Assembly: GCA_029250665.1 (NCBI GenBank)
Contig: JAQXEV010000006.1
Location: forward strand, 1 to 44,755
Direction of reading: 5' to 3'
Source: Candidatus Thalassarchaeaceae archaeon
GTDB lineage: Archaea > Thermoplasmatota > Poseidoniia > Poseidoniales > Thalassarchaeaceae
Length of the DNA: 44,755 nt
In this document: one piece after another, positions 1 through 8,432 of the stretch
How the letters are laid out: every line of letters begins with the position of its first letter
Position numbering within the stretch: the stretch's first letter is position 1
Notes under the pieces: generated by a model
The model's input: only the letters and a program-made list of their open reading frames with translations
Told to the model about the DNA's origin: nothing
The model's database searches: none
Position numbers and translations under genes: made by a program

Positions 1-1
1 A

Positions 2-1255
2 TCAGTCAGATCCATTTTGAGAACCCGTAAGGGGAAATCGCTCAGTTCCAATCCGTTCGAAGCGGCGGAATGAGGGCACTACGACACCCACAATAGTCGC
101 AGCGACCATTATCGAGACTGCGATTAGGAAGGTCGCTTGCAAACCGATTGTATCGATCATATATCCACCAAATAGAGGAGCGAATGGAATGAATAGGAAC
201 GAGCCAATCATGTCGATTGAATTGACCCGACCACGCAAACGTTGGTCGACACTATCACCGATTGTAGTATTCCAAATGACTCCTAGGACTCCTCCCATCA
301 GGCCCTGGAATATTGCGATAATCATGATAGCACCGAACCACGGTACGAAGACATAGAGGATGTCCAACCAAGCAGCAATTCCCACAACGACATAGAAAAT
401 CATCCCACGCTTCTCCTTTGAAATCGGATTCGATCCAGCCCAGAGTGCACCTAACGACGCACCGATTGGCATCATCGCACCCCAAACTCCGTAGTGAATC
501 GCATTCCAATCATTCACCTGCACAATGAATGGAATTCCTATGTCGATAACGGCTCCACCTACGTGGAAAACCATGAAGGCGATGATGCCGATGAAAAGCC
601 ACGGTTGGCTGATGACGAAAGCCATCGCCTCCCCCATCTCAGTTCGAAAGTCACCTTCTTCCTCCTCACCTCTCTGAATCGGGACCTCCTTCATACCGAA
701 GAGAACCCAAGCGCTGATGAGGAAGGAGATTAGGTCGAGGAGGAGTGCGACATGCATCGTCGAATATCGAATTACAACTCCACCGATTAGTCCACCCACA
801 GACCAAGCAGCAGTTCGCAAGGCATTGTGTAATCCGGTGGCCGAGGAAAGCATCTCCTCCTCGACAAGATCAGGAACCAAGGCCTGGATTGCCGGCATCG
901 AGAAGGCCGAAGACGCACCCATCATGAATGCAGCAAAAATCATCACATTGACGAGGTCAAATCCTGCCATGAGTAGGAGGATGAATAGTGCAGCCAAGAC
1001 GGCTTGAACGATATCCATCGCTAGCGCTACGGTTCGGCGAGGTATCCTGTCGACTAGCATCCCGCCGATCATTATCAGCGGGAGATGGCCGAGGAAATAC
1101 GCTGTCATGATAGCCCCGAAGGCCTTCGGGCCGCCAAGCTCAGCAACCTTCCAACCGACCGAGGTCATGAAGGCAGCCCGCCCTATCTTCGACGCGGTAT
1201 CTCCCAATAGGAAAGCGCGAAGGTCGGGCACCCCCCAAGCCTCAGCTAAACCCAC
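2..1255 (-). CDS. MFS transporter (DHA3/macrolide-efflux-like, ~12 TM)
   Basis: 417 aa hydrophobic protein; motif A-like GMLVDRIPRR; PAIQALVPDLV and RGRVNS motifs; GTG start, TGA stop at 2-4. Confidence 0.9.
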   Translation of the reverse strand: MGLAEAWGVPDLRAFLLGDTASKIGRAAFMTSVGWKVAELGGPKAFGAIMTAYFLGHLPLIMIGGMLVDRIPRRTVALAMDIVQAVLAALFILLLMAGFDLVNVMIFAAFMMGASSAFSMPAIQALVPDLVEEEMLSSATGLHNALRTAAWSVGGLIGGVVIRYSTMHVALLLDLISFLISAWVLFGMKEVPIQRGEEEEGDFRTEMGEAMAFVISQPWLFIGIIAFMVFHVGGAVIDIGIPFIVQVNDWNAIHYGVWGAMMPIGASLGALWAGSNPISKEKRGMIFYVVVGIAAWLDILYVFVPWFGAIMIIAIFQGLMGGVLGVIWNTTIGDSVDQRLRGRVNSIDMIGSFLFIPFAPLFGGYMIDTIGLQATFLIAVSIMVAATIVGVVVPSFRRFERIGTERFPLTGSQNGSD

Positions 1256-1474
1256 ATCCTGCGGCCGTTAGAGGGGCTTTTCAATTTACTCGGATTGGAG
1301 TTCTTTCACAGGTGTGAGAAAGAAGTCTGAGCGATTGACGAATCAATCTGCAATTTCAATTAATTAAATAGTTCAAATGAACAATAATTTGAATAATAAC
1401 TGAACGTTTGACGATTAAACATTGAAATTATAGGGATTACACACACTTTTCACGCATTTCAGTGTGCGTTTGCA

Positions 1475-1493
1475 CCAATGATTATATCATTGG
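1475..1493. promoter_or_regulatory. Perfect inverted repeat overlapping the putative TATA box of the glutamate synthase operon (candidate operator)
   Basis: CCAATGAT-TAT-ATCATTGG; TTATAT (1482-1487) lies ~40 bp upstream of ATG 1527; GGAG SD near 1515. Confidence 0.6.
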
Positions 1494-1526
1494 CGTTACG
1501 GTACCGTCGATATTGGAGTAAGCAAC

Positions 1527-3035
1527 ATGCTTGAGTCGACTACAGAGGGCGCGGAATTAGCCGCATCAGGTGCTTTGACGCTGGACAGATTCGGAGCCGA
1601 ATCCGCACGAATTGGAAGAGAACTTGCAGACCAATATCATCGCTATCATATCGAGACAGAAGATGTCGACGATGTAGATCCGCTACCGCATAGATTCCTC
1701 GTCGAAGTCGGCAAATTCGGATTGGCCAAGTTCATCGTCTCAGAGGTATTACATTACGGACTAAATCCTGAGGTCATCCTTTCTCGACCTTGTACATATG
1801 GAGTATTCTCTGGTCCAGTCGGTGGCTTTGTTCCTCGACCAAAACTATGCGTCGGTTGCCTTCGCTGCACCGTTCAACATCCGGATTTCGTCAAGGTGCT
1901 ACCGAATCCCAAGAGGGTTGCTCTCGGAGATTCGTACACCACTCACGGACATATTGCAGCTATTGATGAAGAATCGAAGAAGGGCTTGGTGCCTGTCCGT
2001 GGACAAGGTTACCGCGGCCGATTCGGTGGACCTGGGTTCGATGGTATGCTGACGGATATGTCTGAGATTGTCCGCCCAAGCAGAGATGGAATTCACGGCC
2101 GCGAACTCATCGGCACATCCGTCGATATTGGTACCAAACCGATGCACCTCTCATTTGATGAGGACGGAAATTTGCAAGGTAAGGCTCCGAACATGTTCAC
2201 TATTCAGGTGCCATTCGTATTCGATGTTCCACCTGGAGATTTGGGGACAGCCAAGTTGGCAAAGGTACTCGATTCAACCAGCAAGAGAATCGATACTTTG
2301 GCTTGCATGAAAGCAGCAGACGTAATTGAGATGGGAATGGATTCTCCGAACATCGTCCCAGTGATTCCAAAGGAAACACCGGAGATGGTAGAGATGTTCC
2401 CAGCCGCACGACTCATCGAACTCGATGGCTGGGACAAGGATTCGCTGGACGCGGCGAGGTTGGCAACAGACGCTCTGATTGGAGTTCGAATCTGTTTCAC
2501 AGAAGGTTGGCAAGATCGTATGATGAAGGCAGTCAACAACCGCGTAGACGTCGTTCATCTCAACGCAGACCTACATGGCCGCGGTTTCGACGACGGCCGA
2601 TTCATCTCTGATTTACTCAAGGAAGCCCACATGCTCCTAATCGAGAAGGGCTGCCGAGATATGGTGACTCTAATCGGTGCGGGCGGACTCGTCAGCGCCG
2701 ACCACTTACCAAAGGCAATAATCAGTGGACTCGACGCAGTCGCACTCGACCTTCCAGTCCTATTCGCACTGCAAGGTCGCTCGCATGGGTCTCTAGTCGA
2801 TCGCGAGCAAGTACGAGGAACCCTCCCGAAGAAGATGACGCAGGAATGGGCCGAACAGCGGCTCACCAATCTGTGCGCTTCATGGCGTGACCAGCTGCTC
2901 GAAATCCTCGGAGCGATGGGAATCCGTGAGGCGCGCCGACTCCGCGGAGAATTCGGCCGCTCAATGATAGTGAGCCATCTCGAGGACGAAGCCTTCGAAG
3001 GGATTGAGGGATATGTTAGTGGAGGTGCTATCTGA
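1527..3035 (+). CDS. Glutamate synthase-related FMN-barrel paralog with N-terminal ferredoxin-like segment (degenerate)
   Basis: CTYGV...CVGCLRCTVQHP; GQGYRGRFGGPGFDGMLTDMSEIVRP; VTLIGAGG...KAIISGLDAV; LLEILGAMGIREARRLRGE. Lacks the QGAKPG, TGEGG and 3Fe-4S motifs. Confidence 0.8.
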   Translation: MLESTTEGAELAASGALTLDRFGAESARIGRELADQYHRYHIETEDVDDVDPLPHRFLVEVGKFGLAKFIVSEVLHYGLNPEVILSRPCTYGVFSGPVGGFVPRPKLCVGCLRCTVQHPDFVKVLPNPKRVALGDSYTTHGHIAAIDEESKKGLVPVRGQGYRGRFGGPGFDGMLTDMSEIVRPSRDGIHGRELIGTSVDIGTKPMHLSFDEDGNLQGKAPNMFTIQVPFVFDVPPGDLGTAKLAKVLDSTSKRIDTLACMKAADVIEMGMDSPNIVPVIPKETPEMVEMFPAARLIELDGWDKDSLDAARLATDALIGVRICFTEGWQDRMMKAVNNRVDVVHLNADLHGRGFDDGRFISDLLKEAHMLLIEKGCRDMVTLIGAGGLVSADHLPKAIISGLDAVALDLPVLFALQGRSHGSLVDREQVRGTLPKKMTQEWAEQRLTNLCASWRDQLLEILGAMGIREARRLRGEFGRSMIVSHLEDEAFEGIEGYVSGGAI

Positions 3036-4435
3036 TGTCAATTATACAGGAATTCAAGGATGCATACAAGGGCAAGGTGCAATTGCCGAGCGAAGAATTA
3101 CTTACCAAAACGACCGGTCTGATGCAGGACGGAATGCGCGCTCGAGCGATGGGCGATTACATCTCACCAGAGGCTCTTGGTGACGCACGCTGGACTGACG
3201 AGTTGATTCTCTCAACTTGGTATATGGCTGAAACTGGTGAAATTCCTGAGGGGCTCAATTACAAAACCGGAAAATCTGACGGCGGCTTCGACAGATTGGA
3301 TTTCAAGTTCTTACCTGAAAGCGATTGGCTCGAGCACTCGGATTCGATTACAACCAAGCTAGATCTAAATCGTCGTGGCGATGCCAAGAACAAGCTGACA
3401 ACTGACATTCCATGGTATGGTGGCGGTATGTCGTATGGTTCGGTATCGGTCAATGTGATGATGTCGCGCGCCCGCAACGCGGCGCGCTGGAATTCATTCA
3501 TGTCAACCGGTGAAGGTGGTTATCCACCGCAATTGATGGAATGCAAGGAGAACGTCATCACTCAGGTTGCAACCGGTTATTTCGGCGTCGAGGAAGAGAC
3601 GATTCAGGCGGCGCCGATTGTCGAATTCAAGTACGCACAGGGCGCGAAACCTGGACTCGGGGGTCATTTGCTTGCAGCAAAGGCTGGCGAAGAGGTTGCG
3701 AAGTTGCGGGGAAGCGTTCCTTTCGTCAGTCTATTCAGCCCATTCCCATTCCATTCGACTTACTCGGTCGAGGACCATTCGAAGCATCTCGATTGGATCG
3801 AGACCGTCAATCCAACTGCTCTGCTTTCGGTCAAGGTGAGTACCCCTCACGATGTCGACATGGTCGCAGTCGGTTCTTTCTACGCCGGTGCGCACATCAT
3901 CCATCTCGATGGTTCCTATGGCGGCACCGGAGCAGCACCTGAAATCGCCAAGAAGAATATCGCTATGCCAATTGAATTGGCGATTCCGAAGGTGCACAAA
4001 TTCCTCCAAGCCGAGGGTGTGCGTGACCGTGTCACGCTCATCGCCAGTGGCGGAGTCCGCACGGCCGACGATATTGCCAAGGCAATCGCACTCGGCGCCG
4101 ATGGCTGTGTCCTCGGTACCACCGATCTTGTCGGTTTAGGCTGCACCCGCTGCTCAAATTGTGAGGGCGGACCATCCGGTCGTGGCTGTCCATGGGGCTT
4201 GACCACGACCGATATCGAGTTGCAGGAATGGGTGCAGCCGGATTGGGCTGCCGAGCGACTCAACAATCTCTACACTGCAATGCAGTACCGGCTGCGCGAC
4301 ATCCTTCGGCAACTCGGACTATCAGATGTCTCAGAATTACGCGGCCGCACTGATCTCCTTCGATACATGGGTAAGGACGAGGCTGCCAGGGCGGCAGGCA
4401 GAGCCGCGGGCATCGGATTGGAGGAGATCGAATGA
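3035..4435 (+). CDS. gltB2: Glutamate synthase FMN-binding subunit (GltB domain 2 / GltS type)
   Basis: GGMSYGS, STGEGG, TQVATGYFGV, EFKYAQGAKPGLGGHL, GGTGAAP, ASGGVRT..D.AKAIALGAD, and 3Fe-4S motif GCTRCSNC...GCPWG. Confidence 0.93.
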   Translation: MSIIQEFKDAYKGKVQLPSEELLTKTTGLMQDGMRARAMGDYISPEALGDARWTDELILSTWYMAETGEIPEGLNYKTGKSDGGFDRLDFKFLPESDWLEHSDSITTKLDLNRRGDAKNKLTTDIPWYGGGMSYGSVSVNVMMSRARNAARWNSFMSTGEGGYPPQLMECKENVITQVATGYFGVEEETIQAAPIVEFKYAQGAKPGLGGHLLAAKAGEEVAKLRGSVPFVSLFSPFPFHSTYSVEDHSKHLDWIETVNPTALLSVKVSTPHDVDMVAVGSFYAGAHIIHLDGSYGGTGAAPEIAKKNIAMPIELAIPKVHKFLQAEGVRDRVTLIASGGVRTADDIAKAIALGADGCVLGTTDLVGLGCTRCSNCEGGPSGRGCPWGLTTTDIELQEWVQPDWAAERLNNLYTAMQYRLRDILRQLGLSDVSELRGRTDLLRYMGKDEAARAAGRAAGIGLEEIE

Positions 4436-7002
4436 TCGACCCGAACACCTTCATCGATGCGCGACGCGCAATGACTGCATCCCATCCCAAGTTTGAGCGG
4501 CGCGATGAAGACGCAGCCGAAGGCGGCTGTGGAGTGGTCGGCCTCGCCTGCGAAATACCAGTTGCTGGACGCCACTTATTCGACTCACTCGAACAGATGC
4601 GTAACCGAGGTAACGGCAAGGGCGGCGGAGTCGCTATGGTCGGCCTCAATCCAGACCAATTCGGCACCGACCGCGAAACCCTTGCTTCGACCTACCTCTA
4701 CGCGGTCGCCTACCTCAACAACGAGGTGCGATCCGGAGTTGAAGCACTCATCACAGAAGCCTACAATCTCCATCACACGCACGAGATGCCTACCCTCCCA
4801 ACTTGGCAACAAGACCTGCCAGCACTCGAGGTCCAACCTCCATCTGTAGTCTGCTACTTTGTCACACCGAGGGCTGACAAAGTCGACGAATTCATCGAAA
4901 ACCAACTCTCGGCAGTTGTCGACGCGGCTGACCGAGCCGCGGTCGAAGAGGAATACACCTTCCACATCACTCATTCACTGAACGTCGAATTCTACGCCAA
5001 AGACGGGCGAACTGACGCATTTGTTTTGAGCCACGGCCGAGACATTTTGATTTTGAAAATCGTTGGATATGCAGAGGATGTCATCCGCTACTACCGTCTC
5101 GACGATATGACTGCACACGTCTGGATAGGCCACCACCGCTACCCTACGCGCGGCAGAGTCACGCACCCTGGTGGGGCACACCCCTTTGGTCAGGGAATCG
5201 ATTGCGCGCTTGTTCACAACGGAGATTTCTCGAATTATGTATCGGTGAAAGATTACCTCGGTCAGAGAGGGATGGAACCACTTTTCTTCACCGATACCGA
5301 GGTCGCTGCGTTGGCTTTCGATCTACATCGCCGGGTCTATGGATACACGCTTGAACATGTGATTGAGAGCTTGGCACCGACCAGCGAACTCGACTTTATC
5401 ATGCTGCCAAAGGAGAAGCAAGTGGTTTACGAGGCGATTCAGAAGACGCATATCCACGGTTCGCCCGATGGTCCATGGTTCTTCATCATCGCACAATCCG
5501 ATGGTCCCACTCATCGATTGCTTGGGATTACTGACACATCGATGCTGCGCCCGCAGGTTTTCGCTTACCAGCGCGGCGATGTTGGAATAGCATTCTGTGG
5601 TTCCGAGAAGCAGGTTATCGATGCAGTTCTCGACTCGCTCGCCTCCGAGGATACTCGATTTTGGCGGCGCGCAGATGAATATTGGAATGCGCGCGGTGGG
5701 TCATATACCGATGGCGGCGCATTCATGTTCGATGTTACGCCGAACGCTGACGGAAGCAAGACGTTGGAGATGCGTGACAAGTTCGGCGCAATTGTCAACA
5801 CTACTCCAGAGGGTGATTACAAACTCATGCCAGCTGGCGAGTATGCATTCACTCTCGATACTCCTAGGGCCACTTTCGATGGGCTGGTTGCAGGACTTCC
5901 ATCGATGGATTGGTCTGAGGCTCGAGCCTGTCTAGAAGCAATCGAGAACGCATCTGGAGACAAGGGTCGAACTTGGGTTTGGGATACTCTGACTCTACTA
6001 CTCGACCGCCGCTACAATTGTGGCAGCCTACGCGAATCGGTCTGGAAGGACCTCGTCGAGGCTGCCTTGATTCGCACGGTGGCATCTTCCGCAGCCTATC
6101 CGTGCGATGCATACAATGGACAGAAAACGCTCGGCCACAGGCCTGAGCCAGCGAGCGTATCACAAGCGATTGTTGTCGACGCTCGCCCATATCCAATCGA
6201 AGGAATCGAATCGCTAGCCCTAGAACTCGTGGCTCTTCACCGAATGGGCTGGAAGCGATTCGTCGTCATCAATTGCCAAGGTCACCGATTCATTGGAAAC
6301 GGTTTCGGCCCAGCTACAAGCGATGTGCGAATCGACGTTTTGGGCGCGGCAGGAGATTATCTCGGAAGCGGCAACGATGGTATGACAATCCACATGCATG
6401 GCAATGGACAGGACCAAATCGCTCAGATTCACAAGTCTGGCGAGTTGGTCATTCACGGTGATGTCGGTCAGTGCTACGGCTACGGGTCGAAGGGCGGAGA
6501 GATGTTTGTTCTCGGTAATGCTGCGGGTCGTCCAATGATCAATTCTGTGGGCGGACCACGTTTGGTAATCAACGGCACTGCGCTGGATTACTTGGCTGAA
6601 TCATTCATGGCTGGAGATCCGCTTGACGGCGGTGGCTTCGTCATCATCAACGGCCTGAAGTTTGGAGTCGATGGAAGCATGAGCGCTCTCGAGACTCCGT
6701 ATCCTGGCAGCAATTTGTTTTCGTTGTCTAGTGGCGGGGCGATTTATGTTCGTGACCCGCACGATAGGTTGTCTGCTTCGCAATTGAACGGTGGCGAATT
6801 CACCGAGCTGACCGAGGCTGATTGGGAGGTTATTGAGCCACTATTGCTGCGCAATGAGGAACACTTCGATATTCCACTAGAGCGGTTGTTGACGGTCGGT
6901 GGCAAGCGCCGCAGTCCATACAATGTCTATCGCAAGATTTCCCCTGTGAAGTCGAAGACCTTGCACGCTGAGGCGGCTTGGGTCGGGCATCATGACGATT
7001 GA
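4432..7002 (+). CDS. Glutamate synthase class II glutamine amidotransferase domain fused to GXGXG C-terminal domain (GltB1-GltB3)
   Basis: EGGCGVVG (Ntn nucleophile Cys33 after a propeptide), RNRGNGKGGG, GHHRYPT, AHPF, VHNGD, TDTEV, LRPQ; C-terminal GXGXG repeats GHRFIGNG, GDYLGSG, GDVGQCYGYG, SGGAIYVR. Confidence 0.88.
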   Translation: MIDPNTFIDARRAMTASHPKFERRDEDAAEGGCGVVGLACEIPVAGRHLFDSLEQMRNRGNGKGGGVAMVGLNPDQFGTDRETLASTYLYAVAYLNNEVRSGVEALITEAYNLHHTHEMPTLPTWQQDLPALEVQPPSVVCYFVTPRADKVDEFIENQLSAVVDAADRAAVEEEYTFHITHSLNVEFYAKDGRTDAFVLSHGRDILILKIVGYAEDVIRYYRLDDMTAHVWIGHHRYPTRGRVTHPGGAHPFGQGIDCALVHNGDFSNYVSVKDYLGQRGMEPLFFTDTEVAALAFDLHRRVYGYTLEHVIESLAPTSELDFIMLPKEKQVVYEAIQKTHIHGSPDGPWFFIIAQSDGPTHRLLGITDTSMLRPQVFAYQRGDVGIAFCGSEKQVIDAVLDSLASEDTRFWRRADEYWNARGGSYTDGGAFMFDVTPNADGSKTLEMRDKFGAIVNTTPEGDYKLMPAGEYAFTLDTPRATFDGLVAGLPSMDWSEARACLEAIENASGDKGRTWVWDTLTLLLDRRYNCGSLRESVWKDLVEAALIRTVASSAAYPCDAYNGQKTLGHRPEPASVSQAIVVDARPYPIEGIESLALELVALHRMGWKRFVVINCQGHRFIGNGFGPATSDVRIDVLGAAGDYLGSGNDGMTIHMHGNGQDQIAQIHKSGELVIHGDVGQCYGYGSKGGEMFVLGNAAGRPMINSVGGPRLVINGTALDYLAESFMAGDPLDGGGFVIINGLKFGVDGSMSALETPYPGSNLFSLSSGGAIYVRDPHDRLSASQLNGGEFTELTEADWEVIEPLLLRNEEHFDIPLERLLTVGGKRRSPYNVYRKISPVKSKTLHAEAAWVGHHDD

Positions 7003-7013
7003 TTGGTGCTGGC

Positions 7014-7976
7014 TCAAGCAAATTTCTTGGCGATGCTAACAACCTCGTCAGCACAACCCCAAGACAGAGTTACTCCCGCTCCACCATGTCCGTAATTGTG
7101 GATTACAGGGATTCCGTTGTCGAGTATTTCAGATTCTAGGCGCACCTCGCTGCGCGAGGGGCGAAGACCGACGGCTTCTGCGACGATTTTGCTTCGGTCG
7201 AGTTCTGGCCAGACCGCTTCGCACTTGGTGAGAATCTCTTCGCGGTCGGCCTCACGAATTTCCAAATTCCAATCATCGACTTGTGCGGTACCGCCGAGCA
7301 CCGTGCAGTCGCGACGCGCTATGGTGTAGGTCAGTGTCTCAGGCTGTTGGTCGAAGCGACCGTAACCAGGGTCTTGCTCGATGTAAATGACCTGTCCACG
7401 AACAGGGTGTAATTCGGAATCGTCGCACAATTCACGCGCACCGATTCCGCTGCAATTTACTACGAGGTCGGCCTTAATCTCACTAAGGTCGCCGACCTCA
7501 CCGCTCTCAACAATTCCACCAAGTTCGCGTGTACGTGTGATCAGCCATGGCATGTAATACGGCATTTCGATGATTGGCGATTCAAATTCCCAACCGAAGA
7601 CCCAAGGCTTCGGAATCTCATCGGAGTCAAGCACACGGAAATGCGTGATATCTTCTCTCCAACCAGGCAACTCGACCCGCTCGCGCAGATATTCACGCCC
7701 TTTTCTCATGGTAATCCCTGCAGATAATTCTCCCTTGCCCAAACGCAACAATTCTGCATAGGTCTCGGCTCCCCACCGATCTGTCTTTTCCACCGGATGA
7801 GCAAGGAAAGGATACCAAAGTGCGGCAGCACGGTCTGAGACCAAATTAGGAGAGAACTCGCGTGCGATTATGCGGACTGAATGACCGTCCTCAAGCAAGC
7901 GAATCGCGCAAGAAAGTCCCGACACACCCGCGCCAACAACAACACAATCCACTCGCGAGCGTAGTCGAACAACCAC
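7014..7976 (-). CDS. dao: D-amino acid oxidase / D-aspartate oxidase family FAD-dependent oxidoreductase
   Basis: VVVGAGVSGLSCA Rossmann motif, VVNCSGIGA, PVRGQV, VGLRPSR, signature HNYGHGGAGVTLSWGCA; GAGGTGA SD before the GTG start. Confidence 0.9.
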   Translation of the reverse strand: MVVRLRSRVDCVVVGAGVSGLSCAIRLLEDGHSVRIIAREFSPNLVSDRAAALWYPFLAHPVEKTDRWGAETYAELLRLGKGELSAGITMRKGREYLRERVELPGWREDITHFRVLDSDEIPKPWVFGWEFESPIIEMPYYMPWLITRTRELGGIVESGEVGDLSEIKADLVVNCSGIGARELCDDSELHPVRGQVIYIEQDPGYGRFDQQPETLTYTIARRDCTVLGGTAQVDDWNLEIREADREEILTKCEAVWPELDRSKIVAEAVGLRPSRSEVRLESEILDNGIPVIHNYGHGGAGVTLSWGCADEVVSIAKKFA

Positions 7977-8113
7977 TTCACCTCAACGGTGCTCTGGCTT
8001 CACTCCGCTACCCAGGAGTTTTCCCTTGAACAGTTCACTTCAGAGATGTGGTCTTTGTCTAAGCGTGCAGAAGTATCTTGAGGGAGCCCGCGATGTCGTA
8101 TCGGGTCACGCAC

Positions 8114-8311
8114 ATGCCGAAGGTGAGGAAGCCGAAGAGTGGTTGGTTTATTCCACGCAAGAAAAAGCGTCGGGCTGGCCCTCGAGTCAAACCTAGTGAG
8201 AAGGGCCTACCTCCCTGCCCGGCTTGCGGAGAATGGAGTATGCAGAAGGACAAAAATCGCGTCGAACTCTTCTGTGGAGCCTGTGGTGCTATCTTAGGAA
8301 ATACCAGTTAA
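8114..8311 (+). CDS. Small basic protein with TFIIB/TFB-type zinc ribbon
   Basis: K/R-rich N-terminus followed by CPACGEWSMQKDKNRVELFCGACGAIL. Start uncertain (8078, 8093 or 8114). Confidence 0.65.
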   Translation: MPKVRKPKSGWFIPRKKKRRAGPRVKPSEKGLPPCPACGEWSMQKDKNRVELFCGACGAILGNTS

Positions 8312-8432
8312 GACGTGCTGAACCCTATATGGGTCGGCGTTCACGGAGTATCGTCGCTGTGATGAGGAACCGCACCGGATGCCTTGGGCGTCGCGAGTGA
8401 TGGGCGATCTGAGCGGCACTACGGTGATTCTG

